In this document: piece after piece, positions 23,141-35,740 of the stretch
Numbering within the stretch: position 1 is the first letter of the stretch
Layout: each line of letters opens with the position of its first letter
Origin: Octopus sinensis
Lineage: Eukaryota
DNA: 36,062 nt
Reading direction: 5' to 3'
Assembly: GCF_006345805.1 (NCBI RefSeq)
Contig: NW_021824698.1
Coordinates: 1-36,062, forward strand
Notes under the pieces: model-generated
Databases searched by the model: none
Told to the model about the DNA's origin: nothing
What the model saw: the letters and a program-made list of their open reading frames with translations, nothing else
Program-made: the position numbers and the translations under genes

Positions 23141-23214
23141 CAGATCACTGCCTGGAATCGAACTCGGTATTTTGGAGTTAGTAGCCCGCACTCTTAATCA
23201 CTATGCCATATGCC
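22924..23214 (-). mobile_element. Composite SINE: tRNA-like Pol III head + (AAC)n linker + hammerhead-containing 3' module
   Basis: Head ggcataTGGCATAGTGAttaagagtgcgggctactaactcc...cGAGTTCGATTCCaggc (23214-23146; A and B boxes), (AAC)n at 23140-23102, hammerhead at 23050-23004 on the same strand. Confidence 0.75.
23004..23050 (-). ncRNA. Type I minimal hammerhead ribozyme motif
   Basis: GACAC-CUGAUGA-A-GGCU uggaggguauauc AGCC-GAAA-CG-UU-GUGUU: 5-bp stem I, 4-bp stem II, loopless palindromic stem III (AACGUU), GUU triplet; one extra A after A9. Confidence 0.7.
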
Positions 23215-23893
23215 TTGTTCTAAGTGAGGCCAAGTGATACGTTATATGTGTGTATGTAAATATATATATATATTATATATATATATATCAAGATATGGGG
23301 AGAGGGAGGGCGAGAGATAGAGAAGAAATATGTTGTGTGAGGTGGAAGTCAGTGAGAATAATTAGAAGACAGTGTGTGGAGATATGAAAATATAAACAAA
23401 TAACTGAAGGAAGACAGGATAAAGAAGAACAAAATGGAGCAAGGTTGAAGCAAAATTGTCGACGGAAATAAACCCCGTCATTTTCGATCGGTCCATAGTA
23501 GTTGTTATATGACATTACAAAATCCGGGAGGCTTTACGCGATATTGAGCATAATTTTATTGTAACGTGAAGCTATTAAACGACAACCGATAGGCCATGTT
23601 ACAATTATGTGTACAAGGCCTGAACAATTTTCCTGGGGTTTATCAATATCTATTTTTAAAAAAGAAATATCTTCAAAACATAAATCGAGTACATCGCCAT
23701 CATTGTAAAATTAATTGGCCATTCACAATTGCAGATTCTGTTTCTAAGCAATCAAATACATTTTCAATATTTTCGCAGAGTTACGGCGAAATCGTTGGCC
23801 ATTTTCCTGCTTTACGGCATTGAATCAGTTTTCTTTCTTCATTAAATATTAAATTATTTCTCACTATATTTACCCTTATATTAATATACCACC

Positions 23894-23925
<32 letters not shown>

Positions 23926-24333
23926 CAACAACAATAACATCCATCTATTGAAAATGAAAACAATTTATATTTTTTCGCGAGAAATATAAAACATATTATA
24001 TTTCATTTTTTGGTCGCCATCTTAAAAATCAAACAAATAGATTAAGACCCACTGACACGTGTATGTGTGTGTGTGCGTGTGTGCGCGTTGGACAAATAAA
24101 AGTATAGTCTGTCAATATGTTTTATAATTATTTATTCAATTAACCTTTCCTCGTAATAAACATCAAAATTTTCCCCAAAACATTCAAATTTAATTTTCTT
24201 TGAAATGAATTCTCAATTGGCTGCATTCGGTTATATCCCTTAGCTCACTCTTTTGGTGTGCGTAGCTACGTATATTATATATTAATAATATCATATATTA
24301 TGTACGTATATTACATATATCATATTATGTACG

Positions 24334-24365
<32 letters not shown>

Positions 24366-24497
24366 TTTATATATATATATATATATTCCCTCCTTCCCTT
24401 CTTTCCTGAGCGTCAATAATACTTAATTGTTCCACGTCCTGCGTTGCTGTGTTTTTTTCTTTTTTTCCCCTTTTTTTCTGTGTTTTCTTGTTTGGAT

Positions 24498-24535
<38 letters not shown>

Positions 24536-24923
24536 TTTACATATATGTATATCTATCTACCTATCTGTCTGTCTATCTCTCTCCAAACACACACACGCGC
24601 GCACACACATACTAGAGTCATACTAATGTGCGTGACTGTGCTCCATGTCTGTGTGCTTGTGGGAATAAGTATGCGGGTGCGTCCATGTTCATAGCACGGG
24701 TGTTGTGTGTTTGCAAAGAGACACATTTTGCACGCATGATGATTGCCTCCTCAGCCTTGTCAGATGACAGCCGTCTCACATTCAGAAATGAAGTGAAATG
24801 ATAGAGACACATGTGTGCCATTGGATTGAAATAACGAAAATTTGTACAATCTTTGGCCTCTCGCTCGGTCGCCAAAGCATTGGAAGATAACTGGCACTCT
24901 TTTACCTCAGATTGTGTGTGTGT

Positions 24924-24969
<46 letters not shown>

Positions 24970-25348
24970 TATATATATATATATTATATATATATATATA
25001 CGTATATCTGTCTGTCGTCTTTAATACACAACTACTGCATTTGTTTCAATGTCACACACCAATGTATATACATATGTGTATGCGTGTACACACACACACA
25101 CACACACACATGTATATATATATATATATACACATATATATTTTATCGGATGAATGTATGTTCATTCTTTAATTGGAATTCTTTCCCTTAGATTTCTAAT
25201 GTGTTTTCTTCAATCTTTACTTTTAGAAATAATCAGTAAATGAGTTCAACAATTTCATTCACATGGATTTGAGTCTTTACATTCATATTCCTCTAAGGTC
25301 TTTTAGAAAGAAGCAAAGAGGCATCACATGTCCTTCGTTGCTCACTGA

Positions 25349-25575
25349 AGGCGGCGAACTGGCAGAATCGTTAGCAAGCCGGGTGAAATGCGTAGCCGTA
25401 TTTCGTCTGGCGCTACGTTCTGAGTTCAAATTCCGCCGAGGTCGACTTTGCCTTTCATCCTTTCGGGGTCGATAAATTAAGTAACAGTTTCGCGCTGGGG
25501 TCGATGTAATCGACTTAATCCCTTTCTCTGTCCTTGTCTGTCCCCTCTATGTTTAGCCCCTTGTGGGTAATAAAA
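25349..25575 (+). mobile_element. Full-length young tRNA-related SINE
   Basis: aggcggcgaactggcagaatcgttagc...GAGTTCAAATTCCgccgaggtcgactttgcc...agccccttgtgggtaataaaaa. Confidence 0.9.
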
Positions 25576-25918
25576 AAATATATATTGAGCACACATGCAC
25601 ACACATATAAGCGTATTAGGAAATTAAATAAATGACAAAAGAACATGAAATTATCCAATGGACTTCATCAGCTTACATCTGTTTCTGCTACAAGGTGCAA
25701 TGCACCCTGAGTCGATTGTTCATGTATAGACTCCTCGGAGCTTCAGTTTATTTCACTTCATGTTCTCATCTCTACTCAACTAACGTTTAATTCTGAAGCT
25801 TATGTATATTGAGCTCTAACCCAAGACTTTTAGTATCGCTATACCTGGGCGAAATATCCTCCTCCTCCTCCTCCTCATCATCATCATCATCATTATTATA
25901 TTATTATTATTATTATTT

Positions 25919-26103
25919 GGGCGGCCAGCTGGCAGAAACGTTAGCACGCTGGGCGAAATGCTTAGCGGTATTTCGTCTGCCGTTCCGTTTCAAGTTCAAA
26001 TTCCACCGAGATCGACTTTGCCTTTCATCCTCTTGGGTCACTAGGGTCGATGTAATCGACACAACCCCTTCCCCAAAATAGGTGCCATTGTGGAAAAATT
26101 TGA

Positions 26104-26104
<1 letters not shown>
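25919..26104 (+). mobile_element. SINE copy with internal deletion and (AAT)n tail
   Basis: Same head and core as 25349. Confidence 0.85.
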
Positions 26105-26142
<38 letters not shown>

Positions 26143-26418
26143 TATTATTATTATTATTATTATTATTATTGTTGTTGCTGTTGTTGTTGTTGTCGTCATT
26201 TAAAGAAGCCTGCGAAACTTTGAGTCGCGTGAAGCCGAATCAAACGGTTTTAGATAATACTATATCTGGGAGTCTACTAAATGTGTTGAGTGCCTTCAAT
26301 CGTTTATCCACTCATTCATACATACCTACATACATACACACATACATACATACATACATACATGCGTATGCGTGAGTGTGTGTGTATACCCATATATATC
26401 TACGTATCTATATATCTA

Positions 26419-26472
<54 letters not shown>

Positions 26473-26522
26473 CATATATATATTATATATATATATACTA
26501 TATATATTATATATATATATAT

Positions 26523-26554
<32 letters not shown>

Positions 26555-26875
26555 ATACACATACATACATACACACACACTTTCTCCTCATTCATCACCC
26601 TCTTGTACTATCTTATATCCCTCTCCACCACTACACACTTAATAACACTATAAAATGGTCAAATTTTCCCCAAGAACTTAGTTCAATTGGAAAACTCCAC
26701 CAGAATGGACGAAAGCGCTATTATATATATATGATGTATGATATATGATGTATAAGAACATGTAATATACAAATAAATATCTGTAAATATAAAACCATCC
26801 GAATTTCTGATTACCTCATTTCTTCTAATATAAAATACCTGCACATCATCTCCAAACCTTCTAATATATATATAT

Positions 26876-26908
<33 letters not shown>

Positions 26909-26909
<1 letters not shown>

Positions 26910-27457
26910 TTGTAAAAAAGAAGTTTGAAAATGCCACTATATTAGATAAATTTTAATTTTACATGTTTCGGTTCTTGAAATAACGAACCTTATCAAAAAA
27001 AATTTTTTATAATAAAGAGTATAATGGAATAGTTCATAATTGTTACATACATTCAATAGAGTCCATGCTATATACATTCAATAGAATCCATGTTCCAATG
27101 GGAGCAACAGTAGTGATTCTTGGTCGTCGTCTGTTGGCGTAATTACGCCAGACGACGACCAAGAATCACTACTGTTGCTCCCATTGGAACACAAGGTAAA
27201 GTCTATAATGAACTCCTGCACTACACTCGACAAAACAGTAAGGAACGACTATGGATTTTTTCTATTATACACCTTATAATATATTTTTCGCCTTTTCAAG
27301 AACATGGATTCTGTGGAATGTATATAGCATGGACTCTATTGAATGTATGTAACAATTATGAACTGTTCCATTATAAGGTTCGTTATTTCAAGAACCGAAA
27401 CATGTAAAATTAAAATTTATCTAATATAGTGGCATTTTCAAACTTCTTTTTTACAAA
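26909..27457. mobile_element. Nested foldback element in (TA)n: about 160-185-bp outer arms plus 100-bp inner palindrome; Penelope-like
   Basis: 26909-27095 vs 27300-27457 are reverse complements apart from a 30-bp indel; 27091-27133 vs 27149-27191 are perfect reverse complements. Confidence 0.85.
26955..27004 (-). ncRNA. Type I minimal hammerhead motif with U3-A8 core variant
   Basis: AAUUUUUU-UUGAUAA-GGUUC guuauuucaa GAACC-GAAA-CAUG-UA-AAAUU: perfect 5-bp stem II, palindromic stem III (ACAUGU), GUA triplet, weak AU stem I. Confidence 0.55.
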
Positions 27458-27472
27458 TATATATATATATAT

Positions 27473-27530
<58 letters not shown>

Positions 27531-27562
27531 TCAGAAATAACTCATTTTACATACCGGATGCA

Positions 27563-27604
<42 letters not shown>

Positions 27605-27789
27605 CTATATGAATATCATACTTTAGTACAGCATCAATGTATGGAGCAGACTATCAGATGGTGTTATACATATATGTAATTACTATGTAGGTTACTACAA
27701 AAAGGGATGACCATCCCTTTTGTAGGTAAAGGGGCCTACACTTGGAGCTGAAGCTTCCATTCTTCAGTTCCTTCAGCCTTATTTTAAGA

Positions 27790-28070
27790 TTGTTCATTTG
27801 TTGATTGAGGAAGGAGAGCTTTTTCCAATATCTAGACCTCGCTGTCGATCGTCGAAGATTTGTAAAGCGTTTCATTTAGTTGCTAAGATTGAAATATTGT
27901 CAGGAGATTCTCCAATCGTTCATCACTTCAGAATCAAACAATGACAAAAACATCCTCGTTTTGAATGACGCAGGCTCCGCAGCAGTTACCAAGCTTCACC
28001 GCTGTGTTCTTCGTTGTACGTACTCGTCTATGCCTCTGCTATTTTATATATCTTTTTGCACCAATTTACT
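27790..28070 (-). pseudogene. Possible highly decayed hAT-type transposase fragment
   Basis: Frame-hopping translation CKKIYKIAEA.DE...ASFKTRMFLSLFDSEVM...TIFQS*QLN loosely resembles the hAT F.F...L..L..TN.LS..LQS..LD segment; weak. Confidence 0.3.
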
Positions 28071-28807
28071 TTAATTTCCATTAAATAGCGTGCCTAGAAT
28101 GCTAACAGAATGACAACTTGTTAGTGGAAAACCGAAAGGAGACATATCCAACTCGGTGCACGAAAAATATAGACTTACATGTGAGAATTTTAAATGGATT
28201 AATAAAGATCAAACAGACGTTGCTTCGTTATTAATTTGTATTTGTTAAAATTAAACACAATTTCCTTCTTCCACTCTACTTTTCTTTATTTTATATTTTA
28301 AAACAGTGCCATACCTTAAAGGAGCGAGAATTCCATGAAGACAACGCTAGACGTATGAAGATTGTATCGTTAATGACGATCGCGAAATAAAGAAGTTAAA
28401 TGGTTCTTATCTTCACTCATCATTTTCCTATCTCATTTAGCTTCTTTTTTTTTTTAAATTTTAACTGAACTTAAAGCGTAATTGAAAAACAAAGTAAGAA
28501 AGAAAATATAAAATCTAAGAAGAATTTACCAAAGACGGCCGAAGTTCACCTTCCATTTTGTTTTGCTTTTTGCAGTGTTTCCGTTTATTGTTTTCTTGTC
28601 ATTAATTATTAAAAGAAACGACGTTAAATGAGGATTGCTTGTATGAATGTATGTATGTATGTATGTATGTGTGTATGTTTGTATGTATGTTTGTATGTAT
28701 GTATGTATGTATGTATGTATGTATGTATGTATGTATGTATGTATGCATGTATGTATGTATGTATGTATGTATGTATGCATGTTTACGTATATATATATAT
28801 ATATATA

Positions 28808-28848
<41 letters not shown>

Positions 28849-29061
28849 GGTGAGAAAGAGAGAATGACAGACGGAGGATAAGAGCGACATAGAGAGACAA
28901 AGAGAGACAAGGCAGAGAGTGAGACGTAATCACTCGGTTTCCATATATGCATAACTCAGCTGAGAGATGGAGCTGGATAGAACTACTGGTTTGTTAACAG
29001 AGTGAAGTTATTGAGGGGACAGACCGACTAGTTTCTCCTTCTAATATTCTCTGAGCAGCAG

Positions 29062-29277
29062 AGGCGGCGACCTGGCAGAAACGTTAGCAGGCCGGGCGAA
29101 ATGCTTAGTGGTATTTCGTCTCTTTACTACATTCCGAGTTCAAATTCCGCCGAGGTCGACTTTGCTTTTCATCCTTTCGGGGTCGATAAATTAAGTACCA
29201 GTTACGCACTGGGGTTGATATAATCGACTGCCCCCTCCTTCCAAAATTTCGGGCCTTGTGCCTAGAGTAGAAAAGAA
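29062..29277 (+). mobile_element. Full-length young tRNA-related SINE
   Basis: aggcggcgacctggcagaaacgttagc...gagttcaaattccgccgaggtcgactttgc...gtgcctagagtagaaaaga. Confidence 0.9.
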
Positions 29278-29319
29278 TATTGTCCGAGCAATACGATGTG
29301 TTAGTCAAAAGTCATCTTG

Positions 29320-30105
29320 GCCTGGCACCGTGAAAGCATTGTGGCAAATGGTCTTATTGAATGGCAGACAGTTCTGTACTGCCCAAAGTCTGCTGAAGTA
29401 GTCTTTGTCAGTCTAACTCTCTCATCAACGCATGCAATATTCTCGCCATTTCTAAGATTTTGCAGCATTTTTCATTGGAGACAGCGGAGAAGAGATAGAT
29501 AGACCATTAATATCTATATTCTCCATCTAATCAACGCCCTTTCCTTGTTTGAGTACCAAATAGGAATTGTTTTTCTTACCAAACTTAATTTCTCTGCCTC
29601 GTGAGAATGTTGAGACCAGTTCTAATTACTTCTCAGCGTTTCGTTAATACTACTTGAATACAGTTTAAGGTCATCGGCAATAAAAGGCGTGGGTGGCATT
29701 AATTTTTCTCTCTTTTGCATATTCCACCATCTAACCTTGGCATTTCCTTAACAAGGCTGACAACGGAGTTCACGGCTCAGAACGGAAACAAGTTGTCGAC
29801 CGGGAATACTCCTGTCGATAACCTAATTCTGTGAATGACTGCAGTGGTAGCTTCGATTCTTATCTCTTGCTCTGTGGACCACGTTGTTGTCCTTTACTGA
29901 TGGAGACTACAGCAGTTCGATCTTAGCAAAACGAAGGAACAAAATTAAAAAGTCTTCTTAGAACCTTTCTGTATAATTCGTAAACTTTGACAGTGTTACT
30001 TCACTTCCTTAAAGATATCTTCCTTAAAGATGAAGATCTGTTCAGCACAGCTCCAGACCCCTTTCCATCGTCGCCTGCTAACCAGCTACCCCATTGTTAA
30101 CTTTT
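29320..30105 (-). pseudogene. Decayed reverse transcriptase of an RLE-clade (R4/Dong-like) non-LTR retrotransposon
   Basis: KGVWSCAEQIFI.K.IFKEVK, IRLSTGVFPVDNLFP (GIFQGDSLSP-like), ADDLKLYSSSI, ENIACVDERVR...YFSRLWAVQN...NAFTVP; multiple frameshifts. Confidence 0.7.
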
Positions 30106-30149
30106 TAGTGACCCCAGGGGAATACATCCAAACAATCTGTGTACGAAGC

Positions 30150-30412
30150 TCGTTTTGCAGCCACGTGGTTCGTGTTCAATCTTCTACTATAACCCTGGGC
30201 CGACTAATATCTTGTCAGTGAATTTAGTACACGGAAACTGTGTGGAAGCCTGTCGAATATGTGTGTGTGTGTGTGTGAGTGTGGGTGTATGTGTGTGTGT
30301 GCATTCTTGTGCCTGTGTCTGTTGGCCACCACCGCTTGATAAACGGTGCTGGTGTTTTCAGGTGCTTGTAACTTAGCGGTTTGGCAAAAGGCTCAAATTG
30401 AATAAGTAGCAG
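30150..30412 (+). mobile_element. Degenerate SINE related to 10712-11121
   Basis: tcttctactataaccctgggccgact...acggaaactgtgtggaagcctgtcg-(TG)n-gtaacttagcggtttggcaaaag. Confidence 0.75.
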
Positions 30413-30590
30413 ACATTAGAACAATGAGCATTGGGGTCTAGTCAGCATGGCCACAAGTGAAAGGTAAACGTAAGAACTAAGACTAGGAAAACACACCACT
30501 CCACTGCAGCCCACCCCATCAGCGAGAACCTCACAGACGCTCCAAATGCTGGATCGTACTGTCACCGACGCTCTCTTTCTTCCTTCCTTC

Positions 30591-30637
<47 letters not shown>

Positions 30638-30672
30638 TCGTTTTTTCATTCATTCTTTCTTTCATTCTCTCT

Positions 30673-30709
<37 letters not shown>

Positions 30710-31158
30710 GCCTCTCTGTCTCTGTCTGTCTGTCTGTTTGTCTGTCTCCACCCTCTCTCTCTCTTTCTCTCCCCCTCCTCCCCCCTCTCTCTCAATACAT
30801 CTTTAACATAGAGCTGCCTCTAAACCAGTCCTACTCAAAGTGGTGGTCCCTCAGCTTCCGGTACACAGCAAGTTTCCAGAAAAGAAAGAAACATTATAAA
30901 ATGCTTATGTAATATTGCATTATTTGTTTACAACTAAATATAAGATTAAAACGAAATTGTCCACTTTTATTATATTCATTATATATTGTTTCTGGTATAA
31001 ATTAATATTACTAAGAAATATTACTGGTTCCTGGCACACAAAGAAACTGCAGATAGTTTCAGAAGTATCGCTCCAAACGACTGGTGTCTTTTCTTCATGG
31101 TCAGAAGATATTTTAGAGTTCAACAGTTACAGACATTTTATAAGGCTCATACTTCCGG

Positions 31159-31322
31159 TTGTGCCGTAGCTAGAGATGGGAGTCAATGTAGAGGAGCTCC
31201 GCGAGCCCCGGGTGGCACTTTTTGCTTTTATTGTTTATGTCAGTATAGAGGATTAGTAGTGAAGAGTTGGGAGGCGAATTCTGAGGGTAGCCCGGGCGGC
31301 ACATTCTCTAGCTATGCCAATG
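31159..31322. mobile_element. hAT-like MITE remnant
   Basis: Imperfect TIRs gtgccgtagctagaga / tctctagctatgccaatg and internal direct repeats gccccgggtggcac / gcccgggcggcac; no clear target-site duplication. Confidence 0.55.
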
Positions 31323-32053
31323 TATGTAATCTAATTAGCTGTAACCTTCTAATTAACTGTCTTAATCAGGTTTTGTGAAGTCCAGCGTCTCAAGACTGGG
31401 TCTGAGATCGTTATGGAGCGAAGGGCTGCGAGAATTTCCCCCATCTAGACATACATACGTAGATACATGCATACATACACATACACACATAAACATACAT
31501 ACATACACATACATACATGCACACATACATGCATACATACATACATGCACGCATGCATGCATGCTTACATACATACATACATACATACATACATGCATAC
31601 ACACATACATACATACATACATGCATACACACACATACATGCTTGCGTACAAAAACACTCACACACAGGCAAAACCTGTAGAAATAGAAGTGAAATATGG
31701 ATGCACAGATTAAACGAGATAAAATCCTTCTCTGTTCTGAAGAATGTGTGTGTGTGTGTGTGTGTGTGTACATGCGCGTTTGCGTATATCTCTATTATAC
31801 ATGTCTACTTATATGTACATATGTATCTACACACACACATATATACATATGAATATATATATATATATATGTGTGTGTGTATGTATGTATGTATATATGT
31901 ATATACGTGTACATATATATGTATATGTGTGTATATATCTATATCTATATGTATGTATGTAAGTATGTATATATATATATATGTATGTATGTATGTATAT
32001 ATATATATGTATGTATATAATATATATATATATATGTAGTTATATAGATATTA

Positions 32054-32093
<40 letters not shown>

Positions 32094-33399
32094 TATATAG
32101 ATATGTATAATATATAATATATATGTATATGTGTGTATATATCTATATCTATATGTATGTATGTATGTATGTATGTATATATATATATGTATGTATATAA
32201 TTATATATATATATATATATATGTATGTATAATATATATATACATATATATATGTGTATATGTAGTATGCACAGGTTGAGACTATATTTAGTCGAATGTT
32301 TTGGTGCATGACATCTGAAATTTTAGTTTGTTATGTCCATGTGTGTGTGTGTGTGTGCGAGAGAGAGAGAGAGAGTGTGTGTGTGTGTGTGTGTATTTCT
32401 CTGTGTATGTGTATGCGTGTGTTGCATCAAGAACGATATAGCGTGGGAGTTATACATTATTATTATTGTTAGTAGTAGTGGTGGTGGTGGTGGTGGTGGT
32501 GGTGGCGGCGACGTTACTAGTGATAGGAAGGAAGAGGAGGCGGAGGAGTGTGGGGTGGATTGATGAGGTGGAATGCAGGCAGAGGAGGCGGGGTGTGTGG
32601 TGGAAGTGGTGGTGGAGGTTGCGGTCATGTATCGGTAACAGTTTGTTGCTTAAGAAGGCGACGGTGACGCAGGAGGGAGAAGGAGGGTGAGGGAGGAGGA
32701 GGAGGAGGAGGAGGAGGGAGGAAGCTATTTCTTTCCCGACACCACCACCACACACAATCCTTAGAACAAACGCTTTCCCATTGGAAACTCTCCACCGCCG
32801 CCACCGCCACCACCACCACCGCCGCCGCCACCGCCACCACCACCACCACCATCATAATCATCATCATAACAGTCACCACTATTAACACCAATAAGAGATT
32901 AGTCAACGAGGGATCTTCTCGGTTGTGGTCCAGTCTGCTAGAAACAACAGCTAAATGCTCCTCATCTCCCTCCCTCGCATCTTAAGTAATCGAAAGACTT
33001 GACGTGATATATAAGACCTTAATTGTAAGTAAAAACAGAGAGAGGGGGGAAGGTCATGCTTGGGGTGGGTTTGGATCATTGGCGCATAAGGTCTGGCGAG
33101 GAGAGTATTTCTTTTGTCCTGCGGCTAAACAATTACATTCCGAAGAAGTCTCTCACAGATTGCTAGAAATAGCAGGCAAAATTGCCCCAATCACACTCCC
33201 ATACATAGGACAATGTGGTCCTATGATTTGTGCTGAAAAGAGATGGGATGGCCATGGTTGGAATGTTTATAGGCCTATGCTCAAACAACACCAGTAACAA
33301 ACAAGGGTAAAGAAGGCGTTTTCATATGGACACCTGATATGCTAGAAATAACAGCTATCATTTTCAGAAAGGAAATTATCTAAGTCCTAGAGTGTAAGT

Positions 33400-33425
33400 G
33401 CATGTACGTGTATACGCATATAATG

Positions 33426-33460
<35 letters not shown>

Positions 33461-33463
33461 GTG

Positions 33464-33561
<98 letters not shown>

Positions 33562-33594
33562 CATGTATGTATAAGTATTATATGTATATATATG

Positions 33595-33626
<32 letters not shown>

Positions 33627-33696
33627 ATATATATGTATTATATATATATATATATATGTATATATATGTTATATATATATATGTATATATAATATA

Positions 33697-33742
<46 letters not shown>

Positions 33743-34067
33743 GCATACACACACATATATATATATATACATGCATACATAATATATATATATATATATA
33801 TACACCACACGTATAAGCATACCCCATGTATATATGCATATATATGATGTATATGTGTATGTATGTACACATGCGCACACACATGTAATATATATATAAA
33901 TGTGTATGCTTATATGGTTGCTGTGGTTGTTATAGTCAACGTGTTCATACGTATATAAATAGCGTATATATTTATACCATACATACATACATACCTACCT
34001 ACATACATACATGTATATATAAGTATTTATATATATATGTATTAATATAAATATATAATATATATAT

Positions 34068-34111
<44 letters not shown>

Positions 34112-34125
34112 ATGAATTAGACATT

Positions 34126-34167
<42 letters not shown>

Positions 34168-34244
34168 CTTGTTTTATTTATATTTCCTGAGCGCCATACT
34201 AATACAATTGTTCGTTTGTTTTCCACCTGCCTTCGTCTTTTGTT

Positions 34245-34298
<54 letters not shown>

Positions 34299-34419
34299 GT
34301 ATATATATATATATGTGTGGGTGTGTGTGTGTGTGTGCTGTGTCCACATATGCATATGTATATACGTATACATGTGTGTACATATACGTATGTATATATG
34401 CATATATATATACATATAT

Positions 34420-34515
<96 letters not shown>

Positions 34516-34520
34516 AGAAA
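33400..34520. repeat. Degenerate (TA)n-rich field ending in (GA)n
   Basis: Directly visible. Confidence 0.9.
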
Positions 34521-34980
34521 GAGAAGAGAGATAGGATGGCTCAGCTGAGCGAAACTTCGAAGTCCCTGTCAATAGTATTCATGTTTTAGAATAATGAATT
34601 TGTCCGCTACAAAAGGATTAACCCATCGGATTAATGTAAAACTGTCTTTTATTATATTAACCGAACAGAAAAACAAACTTTAATATAGGATTGACATGTA
34701 GATATAAAAATACACGGGATGGTCATGGCTAGTGGAGTGTCTCTGATCATAAAGTCTGCTGGACGGGAGCCGGCCTGGGGCTAACCACCACCACCACCAC
34801 CACTACTACTACTATTAACACACCCACTTCTGCTAACACGTGCTCAATCGACCTGTTGTAAGAGATAACAGCCAAATATCCCTCAAATCAGACAGCCGGT
34901 TTTAAAATTTTTTGGTGGGGCGGGGTTTAGAAAAAATCACTTTGAATAATGTATTCCAAGATGAACTATGTATTATTATT

Positions 34981-35069
<89 letters not shown>

Positions 35070-35274
35070 GAAGAAGAAGAAGAAGTAGAAAGAAGACAAG
35101 TGTTGGCCATGGGGCTAGAATGTTTTTGATTAGAAAGTCTACTCGATCAGGCTTTGACCTTGGGCTAAAAAATAACAATTCTGTATAAAACACCTTTACA
35201 CCCCTCCCCATTCCCTTGCAAAACCGCCACCAACATAAGTACTAAAATATACTCACTCCCACCAGTAACCCCCC

Positions 35275-35314
<40 letters not shown>

Positions 35315-35562
35315 TACTGTGTAGGTAACCGTTTTATGACAGTGGTGGTGATGGGGTTAGCGTGTGCGCGTGCGATTGTTGCGTTTTTCCTCAGGTCACT
35401 TTTAAGAACTAGTCATCAAAGGTACTCCAGCCGTGACTAACTAGTTTATTTTTCGTTTTACATATATAAAGGATATTAAACCTTTTAAGATTAGTGTGTG
35501 ATCGTATAATGTTGATGATTATCGTGTGTATATGCTTGTAGAATGTGTAGAACATGTCTGGA

Positions 35563-35740
<178 letters not shown>

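Noticed and set aside
23146-23214. tRNA gene
   Set aside because: Acceptor and anticodon stems pair poorly and it continues into a repeat body; treated as a SINE head.
32323-32906. Pro/Thr/Val-rich ORFs
   Set aside because: Trinucleotide-repeat translations open on both strands; no domain.
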